Below, piece by piece: positions 9,840 to 18,731 of a DNA stretch of 64,000 nucleotides. The stretch is from contig CAVOXA010000010.1 of NCBI GenBank assembly GCA_963700285.1, positions 992,001-1,056,000 of the forward strand, in the 5' to 3' direction. The first letter of the stretch is position 1. Each line of letters starts with the position of its first letter. Position numbers and translations under genes: made by a program. The notes under the pieces were generated by a model, which saw only the letters and a program-made list of their open reading frames with translations, was not told the origin of the DNA and ran no database searches. The stretch comes from an uncultured Chloroflexia bacterium (GTDB lineage Bacteria; Chloroflexota; Anaerolineae; JAAYZQ01).

Positions 9840-10397
9840 ATGCTCAAGGAAAATACCATGCAGCCCGATCTAACCTTCATCGGACAGGTCAGCGAACTGA
9901 GCCAGCAGAACGTAAGCCGCTGCTACTACTGCCTGCGCTGCTCGGCAGGCTGCCCGTCGGCTTACGCCATGGAATACACGCCGGCCCAGATCTTGCGTTT
10001 GGTCCAACTGGGTCAGAAGGACGCCCTCCTTCGCTCCTCGGCCATCTGGCTGTGCATCGGCTGCGAGACCTGCGGCACCCGTTGCCCCAACGAGATCCAC
10101 CCCGGCGCCGTCATCGACGCCCTGCGCCACATCGCCCTGGCCGAAGGGGTCAGCCCGGCAGAGCAATCGGTGTTCAAGCTGCACCAGGCCTTTCTGGACA
10201 GCATCCGCACCTGGGGCCGGCTGCACGAATTGACCATGATCCTCCAGCACAAGCTCACCAGCCGCGACCTGTTCAGCAACCTGGACATGGGGTTGGACAT
10301 GTTCCTCAAGGGCAAGATCCATCCCCTGCCCAAGCGCATCCAGAACATCGGCCAGGTCAAGGAACTGTTTGAGCTGGGGGATGAGGATTCAGGGTGA
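9840..10397 (+). CDS. hdrC: HdrC-like 2x[4Fe-4S] protein (copy 2)
   Basis: CYYCLRCSAGCP and IWLCIGCETCGTRCP. Confidence 0.9.
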   Translation: MLKENTMQPDLTFIGQVSELSQQNVSRCYYCLRCSAGCPSAYAMEYTPAQILRLVQLGQKDALLRSSAIWLCIGCETCGTRCPNEIHPGAVIDALRHIALAEGVSPAEQSVFKLHQAFLDSIRTWGRLHELTMILQHKLTSRDLFSNLDMGLDMFLKGKIHPLPKRIQNIGQVKELFELGDEDSG

Positions 10398-10404
10398 GGT
10401 CGGG

Positions 10405-11301
10405 ATGACGAGACGGTATGCCTTCTATCCGGGCTGCACGCTGCATTCGACGGGCGTGGAGTTTGGGGTCAGCAGCGAGCTGGTCTGCCAGGCGCTGGAC
10501 CTGGAGATGGTCGAGATCCCCGACTGGAACTGCTGCGGGGCGTCGTCGGCCCACTCTATGGATCCCGCCCTCTTTCTGGCCCTGCCAGCCCGCAACCTGG
10601 CCCAGGCGCAGAAAGTGGGCCTGGACGATATGGCCATCCCCTGCGCCGCCTGCTACTCGCGGCTGGCAGCCGCCGACCTGGCCCTGCAGCAGGACGGCGC
10701 CTTCCGGGCCAGGATGGAGTCGGTGCTGGACTTTGAGTATGAAGGCCGGGTGCGGCCCCGCAGCCTGCTGGACATCCTGGCCAACGACCTGTCCAGGGAG
10801 GCGTTGACGGCCAGGGTCAAGGCGCCGCTGGAAGGCCTAAAGGTCGCAGCCTACTATGGCTGCCTGCTCATCCGGCCGCCCAAGTATACCGGTCGCTGGG
10901 ACGACCCGGAGCACCCGCAGACGATGGACCATATCATCGAGCTGATGGGTGCCGAGGCGATGCCCTGGAGCTACGGCGTGGACTGCTGCGGCGGCAGCCT
11001 GACCCTGAACCGCAGCGACGTAGTGGTCCATCTGGTGGACAGACTGGCCATCGCCGCCCACGAGGCGGGGGCCGATGCCCTGGTCACGGCCTGCCCTATG
11101 TGCATGGCCAACGTCGATGGGCGGCAGCTTTACCGCGGCGGACCGCCGCTGCCGCGACCACCCAAACCCGGTTATGAACCGCTGCCCATCTTTTACTTCA
11201 CCGAGTTGATGGCCTTGGCCTATGGTCTGTCTTTGAAAAAGGTATTGGGCAAGCACCTGGTCAACCCCCGGCCGCTCTTGGGCCGGTTGGGCCTGGTCTA
11301 G
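10405..11301 (+). CDS. hdrB: HdrB-like CCG protein (copy 2)
   Basis: FYPGC/WNCCG/CAAC and YYGC/DCCG/CPMC; start placed at MTRRYAF. Confidence 0.92.
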   Translation: MTRRYAFYPGCTLHSTGVEFGVSSELVCQALDLEMVEIPDWNCCGASSAHSMDPALFLALPARNLAQAQKVGLDDMAIPCAACYSRLAAADLALQQDGAFRARMESVLDFEYEGRVRPRSLLDILANDLSREALTARVKAPLEGLKVAAYYGCLLIRPPKYTGRWDDPEHPQTMDHIIELMGAEAMPWSYGVDCCGGSLTLNRSDVVVHLVDRLAIAAHEAGADALVTACPMCMANVDGRQLYRGGPPLPRPPKPGYEPLPIFYFTELMALAYGLSLKKVLGKHLVNPRPLLGRLGLV

Positions 11302-11317
11302 CGCAGGAGCTTTCAAC

Positions 11318-14300
11318 GTGGAAAGAGCCGATTCACTGGACAAAGGCAAGCACAGCGTCCTGGTCGCCGGTGGGGGGATCGCCGGCATGGCAGCGGCGAT
11401 GCACCTGGCCGAGCTGGGCATCGAGGTCTACCTGCTGGACGCCGCGCCGGCCATTGGCGGCTCGATGCACCTGCTGGACCATACCTTTCCCACCAACTCT
11501 TGCGGCATCTGCCTCATGCTGCCCCGGCAGCCGGCTTTCTGCCCCACCTTCGAGTGCGAAGCCAGAGAGGATGTCCACCTCTTGCCCTACGCCGAGGTCT
11601 CGGCCGTAGATTGGGGTGCTGGTGGACCGGGAAACGGGGCGCCCCAGGTCACTGTCAACCACAAGGCCCGCTACGTGGACGTGGACCGGTGCAATGGCTG
11701 TGGCGACTGCGCCGCCGTCTGCCCCGAAGCCCGGCCCCACGACCACGAGGGCAGGCTTTCGCCGGTCAAGGCCATCTACCGGCCCCCGGGACTGCGGGCG
11801 GTGCCCGATGCCTGGGTCATCGACATGGAAACCTGCACCCGCTGTGGCGCCTGCGTGGATGCCTGCCCTACCGGCGCCATCGACCTGGAGATGGCGGACC
11901 GCAAGCAGGTCCTGGACGTGGACGCCGTGTTGCTGGCGCCCGGCTATGCGCCCTTTGAGGCCCGGGTCAAGGGTGAGTACGGCTACGGGGTCTATGACAA
12001 TGTGCTCTCCGCCCTGGAGTTTGAACGGATGGCCAGCCTGGCGGGCTCCAGCGTGGCCCACCTGGCCCGGCCGTCGGACGGCAAGGCACCGAAGCGGGTC
12101 GCCTTTGTGCACTGCGTCGGCTCGCGGGACAACCTCTGCGGAGCGGGCTACTGCTCCTCGGTCTGCTGCATGTACACGGCCAAGCAGGTGGCCCTGGCCA
12201 AGGAGTTGGACCCGGAGCTGGAAGCGACGGTCTTTACCATGGACCTGCGCGCCTTTGGCAAGGATTTCGAGGCCTACATAGAGGGGGTGCAGGCGTTGCC
12301 AGGGGTGAGGTACCTGCGGGCCATGCCCTCGTCGGTCTACCAGCGGCAGCGCACGCGGGACCTGGCCGTAACCTACGTGGGCGAAGAGGGCAAGCTGCGG
12401 GAGGAAGCCTTTGACCTGCTGGTGCTGGCGGTGGGCTTGGCGCCTCCGGCGGGGATGCAGGCCCTGGCCCGCGAGCTGGGGGTGGCGCTGAACGAGTACG
12501 GCTTTGCCCGGACGGGCGGCTACCAGCCGACGCACATGGACCACCCTGGCGTGTTCGTAGCCGGCGCTTTCCGCGAGCCAAAGGATATCCCCGAGACGGT
12601 GGCCGAGGCGGCGGGGGCGGCGGCTGAGGTGGCGGGGTACCTGGCTGGACAGACACAGCGGATGCAGGCATCCGGCGACAGGCGACGGACGCCAGACGAC
12701 AGAGGGCAGACAGCGGAAGGATATCGCGACGTTTCGGATGAGGAGCCCAGGGTGGGGGTCTTTGTCTGTGAGTGCAACGGCGAACTGGCGCCTGTTGGCG
12801 TACCAGAATTGGCAGCTTGGGCGAAGGAGCTGCCTGGGGTGGCCCTGGCGCGGGCCGTGCCGGAGGGTTGCTCGCCGGAGGGGCGGGCCGCCATGGGTGC
12901 GGCCATTGAGTCTGAGGGACTGAACCGGGTCGTGGTCGCCGGCTGTTCGCCGCGGCTGTTCGGCGGCGAATTCGAGGCGATGATGCGGGATGCCGGACTG
13001 GACCCCCGGCTGCTGGCGCGGGCCAACCTGCGGGAGCAGGTGGTCTACCCCCACCGCGGCAACGGGGCGGATCTGGCCCGGGAAGCCCAGGTCGGGAAAG
13101 CCCGATCCCTGGTCGGCATGGCCGTGGCCGGCCTGAGGACCATGGCCGGGGTGGAAGCCCTGGCGCTGGGCGGTAGCCAAACGCTGACTCGCCGGGCGGT
13201 GGTGGTTGGCGGTGGGGCGGCGGGGATGGCGGCCGCGCTGGCCCTGGCCCGGTTGGACATTCCCGTGGTCCTGGTGGAGCGGGAATCGAGCCTGGGCGGC
13301 CAGTGGCGTCACATCCACTATCAGGCCGACGGCAGTGATCCGCAGGCGGCCCTGGCTGACTTGGTCGCCCAGGTGGCGGCTGAGGAGCGGATCAGGGTTC
13401 ATCTAGGCGCCGAAGTGGTGGACTACCAGGGCAAAGCCGGCCAGTATCGGACGACCGTCGGCGTGAACGGTCGGCAAGAGGTGGTGGACCACGGCGTGCT
13501 GGTGGTGGCCACCGGCGGCGGACCAGCGGTGACGGAGGAATACCTCTACGGCCAGGACCCGCGGGTGCTGACGCAGCGCGAGCTGGAGCAGCAGATCGCC
13601 GACGGCACGCTGGCCACAGTGCAGCGGGTAGTCATGATCCAGTGTGTTGGTTCTCGGGAGCCGGAGCGGCCCTATTGCAGCCGGGTATGCTGTACCCTGG
13701 CGGTCAAGAACGCCCTGAAGCTCAAGGAATTGAAGCCCAGGCTGGAGGTCTATGTCCTCTACCGCGAGGTGCGGACCTACGGCTTTCGCGAAGCCTACTA
13801 TCAGGCGGCGCGGGATGCGGGGGTGGTGTTCCTGCGCTACGAGCTGCCGGACAAGCCCGCCGTCAGGGCGGAGGGGGACCGGCTGGCGGTGAGCCTCGTC
13901 GAGCCGGTGACCGGACAGTCGCTGGTATTGGAAGCCGGATTGCTGGTCCTTAGCGTGGGCATCGACGCTGAGGAAGAGGGGGCGCTGGCGGGAAAGTTGG
14001 GGCTGACGTTGGACGGCGACGGTTTTTTCCGGGAGGAGCAGGCCAAGATGAAGCCGCTGGATCTTCAGAGCGCGAAAGGGGGCGGCATCTATGTGGCGGG
14101 GCTGGCCCACAGTCCCCGCTTCCTGGAAGAGACGCTGGTCCAGGGACGGGGGGCGGCGATGCGGGCCGCGGCTTTTCTGGCGCCGGAGGTGGTGGAGGAC
14201 CGGCCAACGTCGGTGTGGGTCAACGAACGGCTGTGCAGCTTCTGCGGTCTGTGCGAGGAAGCTTGTCCCTACGGTGCGCGGGTGATGAACCAGGACACGC

Positions 14301-14434
14301 GGGTGGCGGACGTGGATTATGTCTTGTGCCAGGGCTGTGGGGTGTGCGCCATGGTCTGTCCCAACAAGGCCACCCTGCAAAAGACCTTTGAGCACAAACA
14401 ACTGATGGCTGCTGTTGACATGGCCATGTCGTAG
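11318..14434 (+). CDS. hdrA: Large tandem HdrA-like protein (two FAD modules, multiple Fe-S clusters)
   Basis: Two GGGxAG motifs, two CVGSR..YCSxVCC motifs, internal RVGVFVCECNG domain, inserted and C-terminal ferredoxin motifs. Confidence 0.9.
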   Translation: MERADSLDKGKHSVLVAGGGIAGMAAAMHLAELGIEVYLLDAAPAIGGSMHLLDHTFPTNSCGICLMLPRQPAFCPTFECEAREDVHLLPYAEVSAVDWGAGGPGNGAPQVTVNHKARYVDVDRCNGCGDCAAVCPEARPHDHEGRLSPVKAIYRPPGLRAVPDAWVIDMETCTRCGACVDACPTGAIDLEMADRKQVLDVDAVLLAPGYAPFEARVKGEYGYGVYDNVLSALEFERMASLAGSSVAHLARPSDGKAPKRVAFVHCVGSRDNLCGAGYCSSVCCMYTAKQVALAKELDPELEATVFTMDLRAFGKDFEAYIEGVQALPGVRYLRAMPSSVYQRQRTRDLAVTYVGEEGKLREEAFDLLVLAVGLAPPAGMQALARELGVALNEYGFARTGGYQPTHMDHPGVFVAGAFREPKDIPETVAEAAGAAAEVAGYLAGQTQRMQASGDRRRTPDDRGQTAEGYRDVSDEEPRVGVFVCECNGELAPVGVPELAAWAKELPGVALARAVPEGCSPEGRAAMGAAIESEGLNRVVVAGCSPRLFGGEFEAMMRDAGLDPRLLARANLREQVVYPHRGNGADLAREAQVGKARSLVGMAVAGLRTMAGVEALALGGSQTLTRRAVVVGGGAAGMAAALALARLDIPVVLVERESSLGGQWRHIHYQADGSDPQAALADLVAQVAAEERIRVHLGAEVVDYQGKAGQYRTTVGVNGRQEVVDHGVLVVATGGGPAVTEEYLYGQDPRVLTQRELEQQIADGTLATVQRVVMIQCVGSREPERPYCSRVCCTLAVKNALKLKELKPRLEVYVLYREVRTYGFREAYYQAARDAGVVFLRYELPDKPAVRAEGDRLAVSLVEPVTGQSLVLEAGLLVLSVGIDAEEEGALAGKLGLTLDGDGFFREEQAKMKPLDLQSAKGGGIYVAGLAHSPRFLEETLVQGRGAAMRAAAFLAPEVVEDRPTSVWVNERLCSFCGLCEEACPYGARVMNQDTRVADVDYVLCQGCGVCAMVCPNKATLQKTFEHKQLMAAVDMAMS

Positions 14435-14449
14435 CAGAAAAGAGGATCT

Positions 14450-14878
14450 ATGGCTGAGGCCGAGTTTGAACCCAGAATCATCGCCTTTCTGTGCAACTGG
14501 TGCACCTATACCGGTGCCGACCTGGCGGGTACCTCTCGCATCCAGTACCCGCCCAACATCCGCATCATCCGCCTCATGTGCTCCGGCGGCCTGGACCCGG
14601 TCTATGTCTCCAAAGCCCTGTTGGAGGGCGCCGACGGCGTCCTCGTCGGCGGCTGCCATCCCGGCGACTGCCACTACCAGAGCGGCAACTACAAAGCCCG
14701 CCGCCGGATGGCCATTCTGCAGAATATCCTGGACCAGATGGGCTTTGATTCCGACCGTGTCTGGCTGCGCTGGATCAGCGCCAGCGAGGGCCAGTACTTT
14801 GCCGACACCGTGACTGACATGGTGGCGACCCTGAAAGCGAAGGGACCCAATCCACTCAAGGGTGTTGGGTCGATCTGA
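14450..14878 (+). CDS. mvhD: MvhD/FlxD-like [2Fe-2S] protein
   Basis: FLCNWCTYTGAD, RLMCSG, GCHPGDCHY..GN, WISASEG. Confidence 0.93.
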   Translation: MAEAEFEPRIIAFLCNWCTYTGADLAGTSRIQYPPNIRIIRLMCSGGLDPVYVSKALLEGADGVLVGGCHPGDCHYQSGNYKARRRMAILQNILDQMGFDSDRVWLRWISASEGQYFADTVTDMVATLKAKGPNPLKGVGSI

Positions 14879-14931
14879 TCTGGAGATTGGCAGCGACGGG
14901 GTGGGTTTCATATTTGGCGCGAGGGTGAGGG

Positions 14932-16071
14932 ATGATTGAAGCAACCATAGAGGTACAAGACGGCACGCTGGCGACGATTCAGGGTCTGTTGAGAAAGCTG
15001 CTGGACAAGCATGTCGTAGACGCCTTGCTGGTACCCATGACGTTGCCTGGTGGAACCGTCGCGCCGATGTTGGTGAGCGACCCGGAGGCGCTGCAGAGGG
15101 CCGATCCCCTGGCGCCGGTGCTGCCCATCAACGCCGCGCGGGCGGTGGCCAACCTGACGGTGACCGGCCACCAAGAGAAGCTCGGGGTGGTCCTGCGCGC
15201 CTGTGAGATCCGGGCTCTGGTCGAACTGGTCAAGTTCCAGCAGGCCAAGGCCAATGCGAGATCCGGGGACCAGGTCCTGATCGTGGGCATCGATTGCCTG
15301 GGCACGTATGGCGTCACCGACTACCAGGCTGTGGAGGACAAGGGCCAGTTGGTGGCAGAGCTGCTGGCCGGTGCGGAGGGGGGCGAGCCCAAGCCCCGCG
15401 AGGCCATGGCCTTCCGGGCCGCCTGCCAGATGTGCGAGCAACCGCTGCCCGATGGCGACCACGTGGACTTGACCATCGGCTTGGTGGGGGTTGAGCCGGG
15501 CAAGGTCTATCTCAAGGCACGAGATACGCTGGCCGCACCGCTGGGCGTGGCGGCCAACGGTGCACCGGCCGGTAGGGTGGAGGCCGTAGAAAAGCTGGTT
15601 GCAGCCCGCGTGGAGGCCCGCGATGCTGCCTTTGCTGCGTTCAGGGACCGGGTGGACAGTATGGGGGGGCTGCTGCAAGAGTTTTCCACCTGCATCCGCT
15701 GTCACAACTGCATGATCAACTGTCCCATCTGCTACTGCAAGGAGTGCATCTTTCGAACGGCGACCTTTGAGCACGAGTCGCAGCTTTACTACCAGTGGGC
15801 GGCGCGCAAGGGCGAGGTACGGATGCTGCCTGACACGCTGCTGTTCCACCTGACGCGCCTGAACCACATGGTGACCAGTTGTGTGGGCTGCGGACTATGC
15901 ACCGAGGCCTGTCCTGTGGACATTCCCGTGGGTACGGTCTTTCGGGCCGTAGGGGAAAAGGTGCAGGCCATCTTTGACTACCATCCTGGCCGGAGCCTGG
16001 CGGAGGCAGCACCGGTACAAGAGTTCCGCGAGGATGAATTGACAACCCTAGGCGAAAGGCCCCGCCCGTGA
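14932..16071 (+). CDS. FrhB/FdhB-like (F420-dehydrogenase beta family) Fe-S protein
   Basis: LRACEIRALVEL, GIDC, RAACQMC, CIRCHNCMINCPICYCKEC, CVGCGLCTEACP. Confidence 0.8.
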   Translation: MIEATIEVQDGTLATIQGLLRKLLDKHVVDALLVPMTLPGGTVAPMLVSDPEALQRADPLAPVLPINAARAVANLTVTGHQEKLGVVLRACEIRALVELVKFQQAKANARSGDQVLIVGIDCLGTYGVTDYQAVEDKGQLVAELLAGAEGGEPKPREAMAFRAACQMCEQPLPDGDHVDLTIGLVGVEPGKVYLKARDTLAAPLGVAANGAPAGRVEAVEKLVAARVEARDAAFAAFRDRVDSMGGLLQEFSTCIRCHNCMINCPICYCKECIFRTATFEHESQLYYQWAARKGEVRMLPDTLLFHLTRLNHMVTSCVGCGLCTEACPVDIPVGTVFRAVGEKVQAIFDYHPGRSLAEAAPVQEFREDELTTLGERPRP

Positions 16072-16177
16072 AACGTATTTCGTGCTGCGCATTGCACCAT
16101 GTATCTGGTCCAGGCACAGCATGCGTTCTTGAACCCATAGTATGTTTCACGCATTACGATTGACCGTGGAGGTTCCT

Positions 16178-16861
16178 ATGATCGAAGCCAAGATGATCCC
16201 CATATATGTCATGGGCAAACGCTACTCCGTGCCCGATTCACTGACGATTATGGGTGCTCTGGAGTATGCTGGCTACAAGTTGATCCGTGGGGTGGGCTGC
16301 CGGGCAGCCTTCTGCGGAGCATGCGCGACCGTCTATCGGATTGATGGCGATCCAAAGTTGCACATCGGACTGGCCTGTGGTACCCAGGTCGAACCAGGCA
16401 TGTATCTGACGCAGATTCCATTCTATCCCGCTGAACGCACTCAGTACCATTTGGATGAACTGGAGCCGACTTTTGCCACAATGGTCCGCCTCTATCCCCA
16501 GGTGCTCAAATGCCTGGGCTGCGGTACCTGTACCAAAAGTTGTCCTCAGGACCTGCAGGTCAAGGACTATATGGCAGCCGCGATGCGAGGAGACATCGCC
16601 CGGGTGGCCGACCTGTCTTTTGACTGCATCATGTGTGGCATGTGTGTTTCCCGCTGCCCTGCTGAAGAGGCACAACCCAACATCGCCATTCTTGCCCGGC
16701 GGCTCTACGGTCGTTATTTGGCTCCGAAAGCCCAACACCTGGCCGAGCGTGTTGACGAGATCCAAGCCGGGGCGTACGACGATGACCTGGCCAACCTCAA
16801 GGTCATGCCCGAAGCCGAACTGCGCCAAAGGTACAACACCCGGGACATTGAGCCGGACTAG
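16178..16861 (+). CDS. Fumarate reductase/succinate dehydrogenase-like iron-sulfur subunit ([2Fe-2S] + 2x[4Fe-4S])
   Basis: GCRAAFCGAC..LAC, CLGCGTCTKSCP, CIMCGMCVSRCP; GGAGG before the ATG. Confidence 0.8.
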   Translation: MIEAKMIPIYVMGKRYSVPDSLTIMGALEYAGYKLIRGVGCRAAFCGACATVYRIDGDPKLHIGLACGTQVEPGMYLTQIPFYPAERTQYHLDELEPTFATMVRLYPQVLKCLGCGTCTKSCPQDLQVKDYMAAAMRGDIARVADLSFDCIMCGMCVSRCPAEEAQPNIAILARRLYGRYLAPKAQHLAERVDEIQAGAYDDDLANLKVMPEAELRQRYNTRDIEPD

Positions 16862-16910
16862 AGGATCTGTCCCAAGCGCACCAGGAGCGTATTGCTGAAG
16901 GAGAAATGGA

Positions 16911-18530
16911 ATGATTGATGGATACACACCCACCATGCGCGAATTGATCAAGCGAGTAGAGACTACCCGCCCTGCCCGGCTGCAAGAAACTTGGCCCATG
17001 ATGTCTCCAGCCGAGAAGCAGGAGATCCTCCGCCAGTTCCATCCCGACTACAAGCCCGAAGGGATGCGAGAACTGCGCGTAGGGCCTGCTAAAGGTATGC
17101 GTACCCCTCACGAATTGGCCGACCTGCTGGAGGCACACAGCTCGCTGAGAAACGTCGACTTGGATCTGAGCCAGATCGACTTTGAGACCGACGTTCTAGT
17201 CATCGGTGGTGGGGGCGCAGGCTCGGCAGCCGCGCTACTGGCCCGGCAGCAAGGCGCCAGTGTGTTGATGGTCACCAAGTTGCGCCACGGCGACGCCAAT
17301 ACAATGATGGCACAGGGTGGCATTCAGGCAGCCGACAAGCCTAACGACAACCCGGCCATCCACTACCTGGACATGATGGGTGGTGGTCACTTTAGCAATG
17401 ATCCAGATCTCGTGGAGGCGCTGGTGCGTGATGCGCCGGAGGCAATCGCCTGGTTGGAGAGTCTTGGCTGCATGTTCGATAAAGAGCCAGACGGGACACT
17501 CGTCACCATACATGGCGGTGGCACAAGCCGCAAGCGTATGCACTCTGCACGGGACTATTCTGGCGCCGAGATCATGCGTACCCTACGCGATGAGGTCCGT
17601 TCCTACCCGGAGGATATCACCGTCATCGAGTTTTCCCCGGCCGTCGAACTCTTGCTGGATGATAATGGACAAGCAACGGGAGCCGTGCTACAGAACTTGG
17701 AGACAGGAGAATACTGCATCGTCCGGGCCAAGACGACAGTACTGGCCACCGGTGGCAGCGGGCGGCTTCACTACCAGGGATTTGCCACCACCAATCACTA
17801 TGGGGCTACTGGCGATGGTGTGGTCTTGGCTTACCGCGCAGGCGCGGATCTGTCTTTTCTGGATACGATGCAATATCACCCCACCGGGGCTGCCTATCCG
17901 GCCCAGATCGTCGGCCTGTTGGTAACTGAAAAAGTGCGCGGTCTGGGAGCCCAGGTATGCAACATCCACGGCAGCCAGTTCGTCTATCCCCGTGAGACCC
18001 GCGATATAGAGGCCAGCGCCATCATCCGTGAATGTACTGGGCGGGGCAACGGCGTCGTCACTCCCACCGGATTTGTCGGAATCTGGCTAGATTCGCCCAT
18101 GATCGACGTCATCCACGGCCCCGGTACCATCGAGAAGGAACTCCCGGCCATGGTCCGCCAGTTCGCCCGCTTTGGGCTCGACATCGTCAAAGACCCGATG
18201 CTGGTCTATCCAACCCTACACTACCAAAACGGTGGCGCTACCCTCAAACCCGACGGATCGACCAGCGTGCCCAACCTTTATGGGGCGGGTGAAATCAGCG
18301 GTGGGGTACACGGCCGCAACCGGCTTATGGGCAACTCGCTTCTAGAAGTCACAGTCTATGGGCGGCGAGCTGGCCTGGCGGCGGGACAGAAGGCTCAGAA
18401 GATCACGCCAGGCAAGCTGTCCCTAGGTCACATAGTTGCCTGGGAGAAACAACTCCATAAAGCAGGAATCGAGACAGGCATCGAATCGCCCGCTATCCTT
18501 CCGGACTACACCCGGCGGGCATCTGCATAG
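16911..18530 (+). CDS. Soluble fumarate reductase-like flavoprotein (SdhA/FrdA/TfrA family)
   Basis: GGGGAG, AQGG, LATGG, QYHPTG, TEKVRG, TRD, LHYQNGG, HGRNRLMGNSL. Confidence 0.88.
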   Translation: MIDGYTPTMRELIKRVETTRPARLQETWPMMSPAEKQEILRQFHPDYKPEGMRELRVGPAKGMRTPHELADLLEAHSSLRNVDLDLSQIDFETDVLVIGGGGAGSAAALLARQQGASVLMVTKLRHGDANTMMAQGGIQAADKPNDNPAIHYLDMMGGGHFSNDPDLVEALVRDAPEAIAWLESLGCMFDKEPDGTLVTIHGGGTSRKRMHSARDYSGAEIMRTLRDEVRSYPEDITVIEFSPAVELLLDDNGQATGAVLQNLETGEYCIVRAKTTVLATGGSGRLHYQGFATTNHYGATGDGVVLAYRAGADLSFLDTMQYHPTGAAYPAQIVGLLVTEKVRGLGAQVCNIHGSQFVYPRETRDIEASAIIRECTGRGNGVVTPTGFVGIWLDSPMIDVIHGPGTIEKELPAMVRQFARFGLDIVKDPMLVYPTLHYQNGGATLKPDGSTSVPNLYGAGEISGGVHGRNRLMGNSLLEVTVYGRRAGLAAGQKAQKITPGKLSLGHIVAWEKQLHKAGIETGIESPAILPDYTRRASA

Positions 18531-18545
18531 GCGACGTCCCAACTT

Positions 18546-18585
18546 GAAAACTCCTACCGGGTGTTGTATCCGGCAGGAGTTTTTC
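18546..18585. terminator. Bidirectional intrinsic terminator
   Basis: GAAAACTCCTACCGG..CCGGCAGGAGTTTTTC hairpin with A/T tracts on both sides, between the convergent operon end and tRNA. Confidence 0.8.
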
Positions 18586-18592
18586 TATGTAG

Positions 18593-18663
18593 CTGGGGGA
18601 CAGGGATTTGAACCCCGACTAGACGATCCAGAGTCGCCTGTCCTACCATTAGACGATCCCCCA
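18593..18663 (-). tRNA. tRNA-Gln(CTG)
   Basis: Reverse complement TGGGGGA...CTCTGGA anticodon loop...GGTTCAAATCC...TCCCCCAG; CCA not encoded. Confidence 0.95.
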
Positions 18664-18731
18664 CTAGTGCGCCAAGAACAGCCGCCGTCCCAGGCAACAC
18701 AATTCTAGCATGAAATTATCGTCCTGACAAA

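Noticed and set aside
11333-15867. Long antisense ORFs (689, 513 and 319 aa) over the second Hdr module
   Set aside because: They mirror well-supported plus-strand genes and have no recognisable motifs; expected shadows of GC-rich codon usage
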